62,749 nucleotides of DNA. It comes from a virus (Duplodnaviria > Caudoviricetes). Numbering within the stretch: position 1 is the first letter of the stretch; every line of letters starts with the position of its first letter. Below are positions 17,135 through 29,700 of this stretch, piece by piece. The notes beneath the pieces are model-generated. The model was not told the origin of the DNA and did no database searches. It worked only from the letters and a program-made list of their open reading frames with translations. The stretch spans positions 1 through 62,749 of the IMG/VR virus record IMGVR_UViG_3300042346_001094. One strand, 5' to 3'. Position numbers and translations under genes: made by a program.

Positions 17135-17550
17135 GCGCCGAAACTTTCCACAGAAACATTCGCGCTGCCATCCGCGCTCGCCTGCAGGAGCTCTCCGGGC
17201 TTCCTGCCGTTGAGTGGGAAGGCAACGATTTCCTGCCCGTAAAGGGCACCCCGTGGCTCACAGAGACTGTCTCGCCCGTTTCCTCAGTTGTATCGGCAAC
17301 CGGGCTTGGCGGAACCATCGCGCACACGGTGATAGCAGCGTTCACGCTTCATTACCCGGCCAACAAGGGCACGCTTGCCATTGAGACCATGGCCGGGAAC
17401 TTGATGGCGCATTTTCGACCGGGCACAGCGTTGATCTACGGGGACGATTCGGCAATGGTTCAGCAAGCCGAAATGGCCCCGTTGCAGCAGGAGCCCGATT
17501 GGATCAACCGCACCGTCAACATCACGATGATTGGTCACACGAGCAATTAA
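17131..17550 (+). CDS. Tail terminator-like protein
   Basis: Synteny before the tail tube; WEGNDF..PWL. Confidence 0.65.
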   Translation: MSAETFHRNIRAAIRARLQELSGLPAVEWEGNDFLPVKGTPWLTETVSPVSSVVSATGLGGTIAHTVIAAFTLHYPANKGTLAIETMAGNLMAHFRPGTALIYGDDSAMVQQAEMAPLQQEPDWINRTVNITMIGHTSN

Positions 17551-17595
17551 ATGTTTTGTCCCGCGCAACGGGACAGCTAAATAGGAGTTCCGACA

Positions 17596-18522
17596 ATGCC
17601 TCTCCAGAGTAACGTTAACGTACGGGTTGCGTACGACACCGAAACCACGCTTGGCACTCAAGCGCCCGGCACCGGGCACCTCATGCGCCGCGTTTCCTCG
17701 TCGCTCGCTCTCACCAAGGAGGCTTTCACCTCCAACGAAGTGCGCCCGGATCAGCAGGTGCAGGATGCTCGCCACGGCGTGCGCCGCGTCTCCGGCAACA
17801 TCCAAGGCGAACTGTCGCGCACTACGTACGACGATTTCCTTGCTGCCGCTTTGCGCACCTCGTGGGTGTCCAACAAGCTCACGCCGGGCACGACGCAGCG
17901 CTCGTTCACCATCGAGCAGGTGTATCCGGAACTCGATGTTTCGGAAGTGTTCCTTGGCTGCCGCGTTTCCGATGTGGCGATCTCGATGCCGCCCACGGGT
18001 ATGGCGACGATCAACTTGGGCTTCCAAGGGCTCAACATGGCCACCTACACGGGCGCGGGTTCGCCGGTGTACAACGGCGCGGCTGCTGTTACGCAAACTA
18101 GCCTGCTGGCTGGCGTGAATGGCTCGCTCAGCATCAACGGCACGCAGTCCGCGATCATCACCTCGCTCGATTTCACGATCGCGAACAACCTAAACAGCAC
18201 GCCCGTCGTTGGCAGCAACGTGGTGCCGGAGATTTTCTACGGCCGCCTCATCGTCACCGGCACGCTCTCGGCGTACTTCGACTCGCTCACGATGCTGAAC
18301 TACTTCTTGAACGAGACGGAGTTGGGCATCACTGCGCGCCTCACGGAGTCGAACGGCTCCGACTGGCTGCAGTTCGCCATGGGCCGCGTGAAGCTCATGG
18401 GCGCGTCGAAAACCGTTGGCCCGGATGGTGGCGTGATCCTGCAGAGCCCGTTCCAAGCGCTGTATCACGACACCGCTGGCACGGCGGATGACGGCTCCAT
18501 CATCATCACCCGCAGCGCCTAA
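17596..18522 (+). CDS. Tail tube protein
   Basis: SNEVRPD, RSFTIEQ, VTGTLSAYF; no sheath gene present. Confidence 0.8.
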   Translation: MPLQSNVNVRVAYDTETTLGTQAPGTGHLMRRVSSSLALTKEAFTSNEVRPDQQVQDARHGVRRVSGNIQGELSRTTYDDFLAAALRTSWVSNKLTPGTTQRSFTIEQVYPELDVSEVFLGCRVSDVAISMPPTGMATINLGFQGLNMATYTGAGSPVYNGAAAVTQTSLLAGVNGSLSINGTQSAIITSLDFTIANNLNSTPVVGSNVVPEIFYGRLIVTGTLSAYFDSLTMLNYFLNETELGITARLTESNGSDWLQFAMGRVKLMGASKTVGPDGGVILQSPFQALYHDTAGTADDGSIIITRSA

Positions 18523-18530
18523 TAAATGCA

Positions 18531-18563
18531 CGCGGCGGCTTAGCGTTTGCTGGGCCGCCGCGT
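18531..18563 (+). terminator. Hairpin after the tail tube gene
   Basis: CGCGGCGGCTTAGC/GCTGGGCCGCCGCG. Confidence 0.55.
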
Positions 18564-18593
18564 TCATCACTTCAACACCACACAGGAAGCAAC

Positions 18594-19028
18594 ATGAAAT
18601 TCGATCTGGCAGAGGTTGACACGAAATCGCTCAGCAACGGCGGCGTATTCATGCCGGTGCGTAGGCTCAACAGCGACGAGCCGCTTGTGGCGAAGAATGG
18701 CAAGCAGGTGCGAATCCGCTTGCGCGGCCCGGACAGCGATGTGTACCGCGAATTTACTCGCAAGCAGGTGCAGAAGCGCCTTGCTCGCACGAACGATCCG
18801 AAGAAGCTCAACGAGTTGGATTTTGATGAGATCGAATCCGACGCGCTGGAGATGCTCACCGCTGTGACAGTTGGCTGGGAAAACGTGCTCGACCCGGATG
18901 GAAAAGAGATCCCGTTCAGCCCAGACGCAGCGCGTGCGTTGTATGCCGCTTACCCGGTGGTGCGTGAGCAGGTGGACACGTTTGTTGCCAACCGCGCCCA
19001 TTTTTTGAAAGCGTCGTTGGGGAACTGA
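18594..19028 (+). CDS. Tail assembly chaperone (G-like)
   Basis: Between tube and tape measure; slippery TTTTTTG at 19001-19007. Confidence 0.8.
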   Translation: MKFDLAEVDTKSLSNGGVFMPVRRLNSDEPLVAKNGKQVRIRLRGPDSDVYREFTRKQVQKRLARTNDPKKLNELDFDEIESDALEMLTAVTVGWENVLDPDGKEIPFSPDAARALYAAYPVVREQVDTFVANRAHFLKASLGN

Positions 19029-19369
19029 TTCGGTATGCAAAGCATCAGTTCACGCTCGCCCGCACGGTCGGCAATGCCTCGATGGCAGAGCACTATGCTG
19101 CAGTTGAGCGTGCAACTGGGCGCAAAGCGGAGCACCCCGAATTACCAACGGCGCTGCGGTATCTGTGGAATCACTTCATCCTTCTGCACAAGGCTCGCGG
19201 CAGCAATGGTTTCGGGCCCAACCCGTTGGCGTGGAGCGAAATCCGGGCCTACTGTGAATTGATGCAAGCGCGGCTCGATCCGTGGGAGATCGAAGCCATC
19301 AAGGTTGTGGACGATGAATACTTGGCTTCGGTAGTCGAATCAACATCGGAACAGGGCAATGGCGTCTGA
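19001..19369 (+). CDS. Tail assembly chaperone -1 frameshift extension (T-like)
   Basis: The -1 frame is open from the slippery site to 19369; GFGPNPLAWSEIRAY. Confidence 0.7.
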   Translation, partial: FFESVVGELIRYAKHQFTLARTVGNASMAEHYAAVERATGRKAEHPELPTALRYLWNHFILLHKARGSNGFGPNPLAWSEIRAYCELMQARLDPWEIEAIKVVDDEYLASVVESTSEQGNGV

Positions 19370-22300
19370 AAACTTTGAACTTGGCTTTGTAATCGACACA
19401 TCGGCGCTCTCGCGAGCTTCCGTTGAAGCGCTCAAGGCCGCTGACGCTGCAAAAAAACTGGGTGATGCAGAGCGCGCCCAAGCCGCCGCTGCAGAGACTG
19501 CTGCCAAGGCCGAAGCAGAGAAGGCTAAGCAGACGACTGCGGCTGAGCAGGCCGCAGGCCGTGCCTCCAACAAAACCACAGAGTTTGCACGCACTGTTGA
19601 GAACCTCAGCGGCACCCTTCGCGTAAGCCAGCAGGATCTCCAAGCGCTTGCGGCGGCATTCCGGGGCGGCGGTGGCGTGACTGGCATTGCGGGCAGCGTA
19701 GAGGCCGCAGCGGGCGGCTTTGCCCGCCTCATGGCGCTGCTGGGCCCAACCGGGGCAATGCTTGCGGGCGCAGGCGTGGCCGTTGCTGGGCTTGCTTACG
19801 CCACCAAGTCGGCCGCCGAATCACTGGCGGTGTACAACGACAAACTGGTGATGATGCAGGGCCGCCTCACCAACTCGCTGGGCAGTGCGCAGTTGGCCAA
19901 AGAGGCCATGGAGTCGCTGTACGCGACCACTCAGCAGACCGGGCTAGGGTTCCAATCGGCAGCAGATGCGTTTGCCCGCATTGCGCGCAACAACGCCGCG
20001 ATCGGAATGTCGCAGGCTCAGATGCTGCAGATGATCGAGACCGTGCAGAAGTTGGGCGCGGTTTCGGGCACTACCGGCGGCGAAATGGCTGCGGGCATGG
20101 TGCAGTTCGGGCAGGCGCTTGCCTCCGGCCGCCTGCAGGGCGACGAGTTGCGCTCGATCATGGAGAACTTCCCGGCACTTGCCAAGGCGGTGGCCGACAA
20201 CTTCGAGCGGGCAGACGGGAAAATCGGCATCACCATCGGTGAGCTGCGCAAGATGGGCTCTGAAGGCGAGCTCACCGGCCAGAAGATCGCCAAAGCGGTT
20301 CTGGCTGCCGCAGAGCAGGCCAACAAGGAATTCGCTTCGCTTCCAGATACCGTCGAGCGCGCCAACCAGCGCACTGCGGACGCCTACGAAAAACTCTTGA
20401 AGTTGCTGGCGCAAAAGACCGGCACTTCTGAGTTCGTGATCATGTGGAAGAACCTGCTGGGCGATATCGTGGACGGTGCGATATCCCTGCTGGATGACGG
20501 GACGCTTTCACAGCAGCTTGCCGCTGCTGAAGCCCGCCTCACACAGATGCAGCGGATCAACGCTGAACTGCAGCGCACCAACCCGTACGAGTACGAGAAC
20601 CTTGGAGCAGGTGCTTCTCGCGGCCGTGCTGCTGAAGAGCGGCTGTTGCGTGAGGTGACGCAGCTTCGTGCCCAGCAAACGCTTGCTGGGATGGAAGAGG
20701 CCAAGCAAGGCGACAAATCCACGATGGCGACGGCCAGCGGGTTGATTGCCCGCACGGCCGAAATGAAAACGTTCGCTGAAGAGGCAAAGCTCGCTGCGAA
20801 CACAGTCAAGGATCTGCAGGCATCTCTGGACGCTCTGGCCAAGACACGGGCGGAGCGCATCGGGAGCAACGCAACACGTGGCCGCGGCATCCGCGTAGAT
20901 CTCACGGATATCGATGACGCGGTGCAAACTCTTGAGCAACGGCTGATCATTGCGCAGGCCAAGCAGGCCGATCTGCGCACTGAGCTTGGCAAGTTGCAAA
21001 TGAGCAATTCCGATCGCGCCCGCGCCATGCAGATTGGCGGTGTCGAAGGGGCGTCGTTCGTAGAGCAGGCTATCAACGCGCAGCGTGGCGACGTACGGCG
21101 CAACGCTGGCGGCTCGATCGATCAGTACATCGACGCAATCATCAACCGCGAACTGGCCAACAACCGCAGCCAGCTTCAAGCGCTTCAGCGCCAGATTGGC
21201 GCGTCGGAACGATCGGCCGCGGCTATAGGCCAAGGCCGCGCAGCCGCAATCGAAGCAGAGGTACAAAACGAGGTAGCCGCAGAGCGCGCCTCGTTCGGTT
21301 CCTTTGCCAACCGGCGCGATGTGCTGCGGTGGCTGGAAGAATACGAGCGGATGCTGCGCAAGTCGAAGCAGGCCGCCGAAGATTCTGCCAATGCCAACCG
21401 CCTGTACCAAGCGTCGATCGCCGCAGAGCGTGCGCAGATGATGGCAGGCATCACGAACCCGCTCGACGCGGCGCGTGCCGGGCTTGAGTTCGACATTGGC
21501 CGCGACACCAAGGGCATGAACGAAAGGGATGCCAACGCGATTGCCAGTGCCCGGCGCAACGAATTCGAGGCCAACCAGTCGCGCCAAAGGAATGCCGCGC
21601 TTGATGAATTCAAGCAGCGCGAAGCGCAGATTCTGCGCGAAACCCGGCTTGTTGGGCTTATCGGGCAAGAGCGCCAAATACAGTTGGCGTTGCTGGCCAA
21701 GGAAACCGACCTTCGACGGCAGGGCTACGACGAAGAAGATGCTCACTTCAAGCAGGTGATGGCCGAAACAGAGCGGCTGGAGCGCTTGTCACTCAACGAG
21801 CGCCGCCGCACCCAGTCCGTGCGCGCCATCTTCGATCAGCTCGACGAAGGCGTGAAGCAGTTCGAAAGCACGTTCAAGAGCAGCTTCGAAACCGTATTCA
21901 CACATGGCGTGAACAAGGCCAGCGATATTCTGCTGCAGGGTTTTGGCGGCGTGATCAAGAAGATCAGCGCGCAGATGATCTACGAGCTGGCTATACGGCC
22001 GTTCGAAATGATTGCAGAGCAGCTCGCTTCGCAGTTCGGCCGTTGGCTCACCGGCTTTTTGCCGGGCGGCTCCGTGGGCGGGCTTGGATCGGGCGGCGGC
22101 AGCGGAATCAACACCAGTGGATTCGCTGCGGCTGGCGCTTACTTCGACGGGCCCATGCACAACTTTGCCACCGGCGGCGTGTTCACGAACAAGGTTGTGA
22201 ACAAGCCCACCATGTTTGCCTTTGCCAACGGCGTTGGGCTCATGGGCGAGGCTGGGCCAGAGGCCATCATGCCGCTGCGCCGCGATGCAAGCGGCCGCTT

Positions 22301-22532
22301 GGGCGTTACAGCCAACGGCGGCGGCGACTCCGGCGTGAGCGTGGTGATCAACGATATGCGTTCGAACGGCAACGCTGAGCGCGTGCAGACGCAGGAGCGG
22401 CGCGGAGCGAATGGCAAGCGGATTCTGAGCGTGATGATTCGCGACGAAATGCGCCGCCAGATTCGCAGCGGCGACATGGATCGTGACATGGCGGGTTCGT
22501 ACGGAAGCACCCGCGTTCTATCGAGGAAGTAA
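19359..22532 (+). CDS. Tail tape measure protein
   Basis: QFGQALASGRLQGDELRSIMEN; helical body; MGEAGPEAIMPL near the C-terminus. Confidence 0.9.
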   Translation: MASENFELGFVIDTSALSRASVEALKAADAAKKLGDAERAQAAAAETAAKAEAEKAKQTTAAEQAAGRASNKTTEFARTVENLSGTLRVSQQDLQALAAAFRGGGGVTGIAGSVEAAAGGFARLMALLGPTGAMLAGAGVAVAGLAYATKSAAESLAVYNDKLVMMQGRLTNSLGSAQLAKEAMESLYATTQQTGLGFQSAADAFARIARNNAAIGMSQAQMLQMIETVQKLGAVSGTTGGEMAAGMVQFGQALASGRLQGDELRSIMENFPALAKAVADNFERADGKIGITIGELRKMGSEGELTGQKIAKAVLAAAEQANKEFASLPDTVERANQRTADAYEKLLKLLAQKTGTSEFVIMWKNLLGDIVDGAISLLDDGTLSQQLAAAEARLTQMQRINAELQRTNPYEYENLGAGASRGRAAEERLLREVTQLRAQQTLAGMEEAKQGDKSTMATASGLIARTAEMKTFAEEAKLAANTVKDLQASLDALAKTRAERIGSNATRGRGIRVDLTDIDDAVQTLEQRLIIAQAKQADLRTELGKLQMSNSDRARAMQIGGVEGASFVEQAINAQRGDVRRNAGGSIDQYIDAIINRELANNRSQLQALQRQIGASERSAAAIGQGRAAAIEAEVQNEVAAERASFGSFANRRDVLRWLEEYERMLRKSKQAAEDSANANRLYQASIAAERAQMMAGITNPLDAARAGLEFDIGRDTKGMNERDANAIASARRNEFEANQSRQRNAALDEFKQREAQILRETRLVGLIGQERQIQLALLAKETDLRRQGYDEEDAHFKQVMAETERLERLSLNERRRTQSVRAIFDQLDEGVKQFESTFKSSFETVFTHGVNKASDILLQGFGGVIKKISAQMIYELAIRPFEMIAEQLASQFGRWLTGFLPGGSVGGLGSGGGSGINTSGFAAAGAYFDGPMHNFATGGVFTNKVVNKPTMFAFANGVGLMGEAGPEAIMPLRRDASGRLGVTANGGGDSGVSVVINDMRSNGNAERVQTQERRGANGKRILSVMIRDEMRRQIRSGDMDRDMAGSYGSTRVLSRK

Positions 22533-22535
22533 CCG

Positions 22536-22895
22536 ATGCCTACCCCAACATTCCCCGCCACCCTGCCGCAATACGTGCAGGAAGGCGGCTTTTCGGAGCA
22601 GATCCAAGACCAGACCATCGAATCGCAGATGGACACGGGCCCGGCGAAGATCCGCAGGCGCTTTACCAAGTCGCTACGGCAGTTTTCGCTGCAGATGATG
22701 CTCACGCCCGCCCAAACCGATACGTTCGAAGCGTTCTGGCAGGACGACTGCAAGGGCGGCTCCCTGCCGTTTATCTGGGTTCACCCGCGCACCCGCGTGC
22801 CCAGCACCATGCGCTTTCGCCTGCCTGCCCCGCAGATCTCCACGCAAGGCGGCGGCGCAGCAAACATCGTTTCGTTCACCGTGGAGCTCACCTAA
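22536..22895 (+). CDS. Distal tail protein
   Basis: SQMDTGPAKIRRRFT, GSLPFIWVHP. Confidence 0.7.
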   Translation: MPTPTFPATLPQYVQEGGFSEQIQDQTIESQMDTGPAKIRRRFTKSLRQFSLQMMLTPAQTDTFEAFWQDDCKGGSLPFIWVHPRTRVPSTMRFRLPAPQISTQGGGAANIVSFTVELT

Positions 22896-23363
22896 GTGCG
22901 CACGCTTTCCAGCACCGCGATCGCCAGCGCGCACGCGCAGGAGACCGGCGAGGTATGGCTCGTGCTGCTTACGATCAGCCACTCGTCGCTCCCCGCCCCG
23001 ATTCGGGTGGTGAACAACAACGAGGACATAACCAGCCGGGGCAACTCGTACCAAGCCTTCCCCTTCGAGATCATCCTGCCGGGCGAAGATCCGGACGGGG
23101 TTACCAAGGCGCTGCTGCGGTTCGACAACGTGGAGCGCACCGCGATCACCGCCATTCGCGGGCTCACCTCTGCCCCGGCGGTCACCATCGAGGTGATTCT
23201 GGCCAGCGACCCGGATGTGGTGGAGATCAGTTTCACCGGGCTCACGGTGAAAAACGTGAACTTCGACGCGGTGCAGATCGAGGGCGAGCTGCACTTCGAG
23301 AGCCTGTGGACGGAGCCGATCACGTACACCATGACTCCCAGCCGACTGCCGGGGCTATTCTGA
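22896..23363 (+). CDS. Minor tail protein (DUF1833-like)
   Basis: LLTISH..IRVVNN..FPFEIILP. Confidence 0.7.
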   Translation: MRTLSSTAIASAHAQETGEVWLVLLTISHSSLPAPIRVVNNNEDITSRGNSYQAFPFEIILPGEDPDGVTKALLRFDNVERTAITAIRGLTSAPAVTIEVILASDPDVVEISFTGLTVKNVNFDAVQIEGELHFESLWTEPITYTMTPSRLPGLF

Positions 23364-23782
23364 TGGATCGAGAGCTGCCGGAATGGGCGGCGCAGTACAT
23401 CGGCATCCCCTACCAAACGCACGGACGCAGCCACCAAGGCGCTGACTGCTGGGGGCTGCTGGAGATGGTTCAGCGGGAGCAGCTTGGCTCCCTGTGGCCG
23501 CCGTATGAAGGAGTGGATTGGTTCAAGGGCCAGCGCCCGGCCAACGTGGGCGAAGCCGCTGTGCGTTACGCCTCCATGTTCACGCCTGTGGCACCGGGCT
23601 GCGAGCAGCTAGGCGACGGCATCCTCATCCGAATGCGCGGGCACCCGTTCCACTGTGCTCTGGTTCTAGCGCCCGGCTGGATGCTACACACGCATGAGGC
23701 CGCTGGATCATGCGTCGAAAACTACCATTCGATGCTGTGGGAACGGCGGATCAGCGGGTTTTACAGGTACAGCGCGCCATGA
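23363..23782 (+). CDS. NlpC/P60 tail tip protein
   Basis: YIGIPY..GADCWGL..HCAL..MLH. Confidence 0.8.
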   Translation: MDRELPEWAAQYIGIPYQTHGRSHQGADCWGLLEMVQREQLGSLWPPYEGVDWFKGQRPANVGEAAVRYASMFTPVAPGCEQLGDGILIRMRGHPFHCALVLAPGWMLHTHEAAGSCVENYHSMLWERRISGFYRYSAP

Positions 23783-26700
23783 CGGAAATCCAATCAGCGG
23801 TTCGAGAAGCCATCAACCCGCAGATCCCGGTGGTGGTGCATCCGCACCCATTTGCCACCGATGTGAAGTTGATGGTGGCATTGGAAGGCCAGAGCATTTC
23901 CACGGTCGTGGAGAAGGCTGGCTTCCCGGCCGTGTACCGCCAGTACCTGCGCGTCTGGATTGGCGATGAGGAAATCCCGGTCGAGAGCTGGGATTCCACG
24001 TTCATCACTGACGGCCAGAACATCTACCTGCGCGTGGTGCCGCAGAAATCCGGCAAGGACATTTTCCGCGCCATTGCCATGGTCGTTATCACGGCCGTGG
24101 CGTTTTCCGTCGCTGGGCCTGCCGGGTTGAACCTTGGCGGATCGCTTGCCTCATCGCTGGGCGTCACAAGCGCCATCGGAACATCGATCATTACGGGCTT
24201 GGTGGCTGCGGGTATCGCAACCATTGGCTACCTTGCGCTCAACGCGCTTGTGCCGCCTCCGGGCCTGCGCAACAACCAGCAGGACGAAAAGTACCGGCTC
24301 ACTGGCTCATCAAACCAGTTTGCGCCGTACGCCAACATCCCCCGCATCTTTGGCAAGCGCCGCCTGTTCCCGCTTCTGGCCGCCCGCCCCTACTCCGAAG
24401 TGCAGGGCGATGACGAATACCTGCGCATTGCGCTCGTGGTGGGCTGGGGGCCGCTTGAGATCACCAACATCCGCATTGGTGAAACGCCGATCACCGCCTT
24501 CAGTGGAGTGGAGTACGAGATCCGCGAAGGCTGGGCGAATGATCAGCCGCTCACCCTGTTCACCCGCACGGTGACGGAGGATAACTTTGCGATCCGGCTG
24601 GAACCTTTCAATAGCACCAACTACTACAGCGGCATTCCCGGCTACGCGGGCGACTACTACACCTACGATCCGAATACAGACTCGTATTCTGGCGCTGTAA
24701 CCTCGACCACCAACCAGTGGGCCCAGCGCACCACCGCCATCAACGCGGTGGAGTTCAGCGTCGATGTGTCGTTCCCGCAGGGCTTGTTCAAGTTCGACAG
24801 CAAGGGCAACAAGCAGAACACCACGGTAACGTTCGAGGTTCAGTATTCGCCCGCCGGGCAGAACAACTGGACAAATGCCGTCTGGGAGAACAACTTCGAG
24901 ACTGGCTTCGGCACCGCTGGCCAGATCACCGTCACGGCCGCAGAAAGCAGCGCTGTGCGCCGCAGTGGCCGCGTCGTGCTGCCCGCTTCCGGCCAATACG
25001 ACGTTCGCATTCGGCGCACAACGGTAGAGCAGGATTCAAAACACGTTGACCTCGCGTGGTGGACAGCGCTGCGCACGATCAAGGCCGATTACCCGGTCAA
25101 CCAAAAAAACTTGGCGCTGATTGCGCTGCGCATCAAGGCCAGCGGCCAGCTCAACGGCGTGCCGCAGACGATCAACTGCGATGCAGAATCGTACTTGCCG
25201 GTACGCAGTGGCGGCACGTGGTCGATGCAGAAAACCTCGAACCCCGCATGGGCGTTCGCGGATCTTTTGCGCAGGCGCGCAGGAGAGACGTACATCGATG
25301 ACTCGCGCATCGACCTTCCGGCCATCGAATCGTGGGCTGCGGCGTGCGCCGCACAAGCGCCGAATGCAAGCGAGCCGCGTTGGACGTTCAATCATGTGCT
25401 GGAAGGCGGCTCGATCATCGATTCGCTGAAGGTGGTGGCGTCGAACGCCCGCGCTCTGTACACGATGCGCGACGGCAAGCACTCCGTGGTGCGCGACATT
25501 CAGCAGAGCGTGCCGGTGCAGCACATCACCCCGCGCAACTCCAGCGGGTACGCAGGCTCGAAAGTGTTTGTCGAGTACCCGCACGCGCTGCGGGTACTGT
25601 TCACCAACGCTGCCAACGGGTATCAGCCCGATGAGCGCATCGTGTACGACGATGGCTACACCGCAGCGAATGCCACGCGGTTCGAAACGCTCGAACTGCA
25701 GGGCTGCACGAGCGCCACACAGGCGTTCCGCGAAGCGAGATACCACATGGCCGTGGCCAAGCTGCGCCCAGAGCAGCACGTGGTCACCATGGATATCGAA
25801 GCGCTTCGCTGCACGCTTGGCGACCTTGTGATGTTTTCGCACGATGCCATCGGCATCGGCATCATGGCCACGCGCATCAAGGCGCGCACCACGAGCGGCG
25901 GCAACGTAACCACCGTTACGCTGCACGACGATGTGTACTTCGAGGCCGCCAAAACGTACGCGCTGCGCGTGCGCCTCATCGACGGATCTTCCGTGCTTGT
26001 GCCGGTCAACAACCCCGGCGCGGGCTATGCCACCACGCTGACGCTCACCACGCCGCTGGCAATCGCCTCCGCGCCGGATGTGGGCGATCTATGCGTGTTC
26101 GGTGAGTCCACGCTCGAAATGGCTCCGATGATTGTGCGTAAGATCGAGCCGGGCGAGAACTTCCAAGTGACGCTCACGCTCGTGGATGCGCAGCCGGGCG
26201 TGTACACGGCCGACACGGGCACCATCCCCGCTTTCAACTCGTACATCACCCTGCAGAGCCCGCCGGGCGCAGGGCGCGTGCCGCCTGCATACATCAGCGT
26301 GGTGCGCTCCGACGATTCTGCCACGCAGATTGCGCCGGACGGAACGCTCACCTTCCGGATTTTTGCGCAGCTTGACATTGTGCGCGGCACGTACCCGGAG
26401 CGCGTGGCGCATTACGAACTGCAGTGGCGGCAGCAGGGCAACCCGGCATGGCAATCCATGCAGGTGGACAAGGCGCAGCCCAGCGCATTCATCGCCGGTG
26501 TGACCGTAGGCAAGGCGTACGAGATCCGTGCCCGTTCAGTTTCTGAGAGCGGCTCTGAAAGCAACTGGACGCCAGTAGTCACGCACACGGTAGTCGGCAA
26601 GACCAACTTCGACAACCTGCCAACCGGGCTTTCAGCCACCGCAATCCCCGGCGCGATCAGCCTCGCGTGGACAAACCCAACCAGCGACGATTTCTGGCAG

Positions 26701-29700
26701 GTCGAGGTGTACGAGAACACCTCCAACAACTCTGCCACCGCGGCAAAGATTGCGGAAACATCGACCACTGGATACGTTCGCACAAGCCTCACGGCCGCCG
26801 ATGGCGTGCGCTATTACTGGCTGAAGGCGGTTGATACCTCCGGCAACAAGACGGCATTTGTTGGCCCGGTGAGCACTACAGCAGCCAACAAGGGGCTGTA
26901 CATCACGCTCACCAACGATTCAATTGCGCTGCCTGCCACGAGCGCGGGCATGGTCACTTCATACGCCGGTGCGGATGGCGTGATGGCGCTGTTCGATGCG
27001 GATTCCGATGTGACTGGCGCGGCTACCGTATTCGCGACCGGAACCAGCTGCACAGGCACCATCAACACGGCTGCGGACACGCCGGTTGCGGGCAAGCCGA
27101 AGGGATACTACCGCGTCACTGAGGTGACCAGCGACAGCGCACTGCTTACGCTTTCCGCTTCGTACAACGGTCAAACAATCACTCGATTGTTTTCGATCAC
27201 CCGCGTGCGTGCGGGCGCGGATGGCAATGGCGCAGGCGAAGATGCCGTTTCAATAGTTGCTTCGCGCACGGCGATCGCGTTGCCTGCTACAAGCAGCGGC
27301 GATGTTGCCTCGTACGCCGACGCCGAAGGCACGCTGCGCGTGTTCAGCGGCTCACAGGAAGTGACAGATGCCGCCACCTTTTCTGCCGTGGGCACAGGGG
27401 TAACCGGCACCATCAATACCGCTGTAGACACCCCCGTGGCGGGCAAGCCCAAGGGCTACTACCGCGTGACAGCGCTTGCCGGTGATGCTGGCTCGCTCAC
27501 GCTGAGCGCGACCTACAACGGCGTAACGCTCACCACAATCTTCTCGATCACCAAGGTAAAGGCTGGCGTCGATATCGTTTCCAGCCTGCCGACCACCGGG
27601 CTCACGCAGGGCCGCGTTGTATTCCTCACGACCGACAACAAACTGTACCGCTACACCGGCACGGCTTGGACAGCGGCGGTTCCGGCCGCCGACGTTACCG
27701 GCCAGATTGTGGCCGCGCAGATCGCTAATGAGGCAATCACCACCGCCAAGTTCGCCGCAGGCATTGAGCCGGTGGCCGTTGTTTCGAGCGTTCCGGGCAC
27801 CAAGTCCACCAACCAGATCTTCAACACCACGGACGGCAAGCTGTACCGATGGAACGGCACCGCGTACGTGGCGACCGTGCCCGCTGCCGATATTACCGGG
27901 CAACTGGCCAATGCACAGATTGAGGCCGTCGCGGCTTCGAAAGTAACTGGGCAGCTCACCAACGCGCAGATTGAGGCCGTTGCCGCTGCAAAGGTTACAG
28001 GTCAGATCACTAGCACGCAGATCACGGACGGCGCTATCAGCACCGCCAAGCTCGCCGCTGCTGCCGTGACAGCCAACGAGCTGGCAGCAAACTCCGTCGT
28101 TGCAGGAAAGATTTCTGCCGGGGCCGTGAGCACGGCAGAACTTGCCGCAGGCGCAATCACGACGGCGAAAATCGCAGCCGGGGCTGTGACGGCCGCAGAA
28201 ATCGCCGCAGGCTCGATCATCACCTCCAAGTTGGCGGCCGGGGCGGTGACTGCAAACGAGCTGGCAGCAAACTCCGTCGTCGCCGGGAAGATTTCCGCCG
28301 GTGCGGTGAGCACAACTGAGCTCGCAGCCAATGCAGTGACCACCGGGAAACTCGCCGCCGGGGCTGTGACTGCAAACGAGATCGCTGCAAACGCCATCGT
28401 TGCTGGCAAAATTTCGGCCGGAACAATCACAGCCGCAGAGCTCGCCACCAACGCCGTCACCGCAGACAAAATCCTTGCTGGCGCAGTAACGGCCGGGAAA
28501 ATTTCTGTCAACTCGCTTTCTGCCATCAGCGCCGACCTTGGCACCGTTACCGCAGGCACCGTGCAGACGGCCGCCAGCGGCTACCGCGTGCAGATCAGCT
28601 CCGGCGGCAGCTTCCCAATCTGGTACGGCACCGGCGCGATCAACGATGCCAACGGGCTGTTCTACGTCAAAACCGATGGCACGATCTTCTACAAGGGCGC
28701 TCTGGGCGCTGGCATCGTAGGCGTATCGCAGTTTGCCTCTGGCCTGCGGCCCATCGAAACCGTTTCGTCGTTGCCCACCGCTGGCACGGCCGGGCGCATT
28801 GTGTTCCTCACGACTGACAACAAGCTCTATCGTGATACCGGCACCTCGTGGACGGCTGCAATCCCCGCCACAGATATCAGCGGCACCATTGCGGACGCGC
28901 AGCTCGCTGGGCTTGCCGCGTCGAAGATCACGGGCCAGCTCACCAATGCGCAGATCGCGGATCTTGCTGCCGCCAAGATCTCCGGCCAGCTCACCAACGC
29001 TCAGCTTGCGGATATTGCGTCAACAAAGATCACTGGGCAGCTTACTAATGCCCAGATTGCTGACATTGCCGCGGCAAAGGTTTCGGGCCAACTGACCGAC
29101 GCCCAGATCCAGTCTGTAGCAACGGCAAAACTCTCTGGCCAGATCACAAGCACCCAGATTACAGACGGGGCGATCAGCACGGCAAAACTTTCAGCCGGTG
29201 CAGTTACCGCGAATGAAATTTCCGCCGGGGCAATCACCGCCGGGAAGATTGCAGCCAACGCGGTGACGGCTGCTGAAATTGCGGCCGGGGCCATTACCAC
29301 TGCGAAGATTGCGGCGGGCGCTGTAACTGCGGGCGAGATTGCGGCGAACGCGATCACATCCGCAGCAATCAATGCCGGGGCCATCACTACTGCCAAGCTG
29401 GCCGCTGGGGCCGTCACGGCAAACGAGATCGCCGCAAACGCGGTCACTGCTGCGGCAATCAGCGCCGGGGCGATCACGACGGCAAAGATCGCAGCAAACG
29501 CAGTGACTGCAGGCGAGATTGCGGCCAATGCAGTCACTGCAGCGAAAATCAGTGCTGGCGCTGTGGAAACGGCGAAGTTGGCGGCAGGCGCGGTGACGGC
29601 CAACGAAATTGCCGCCGGGGCGGTCGTTGCAGGAAAGATTGCAGCAAACGCAGTGACGGCAACAGAAATTGCGGCTGGCGCGGTGGTAGCTGGCAAGATC

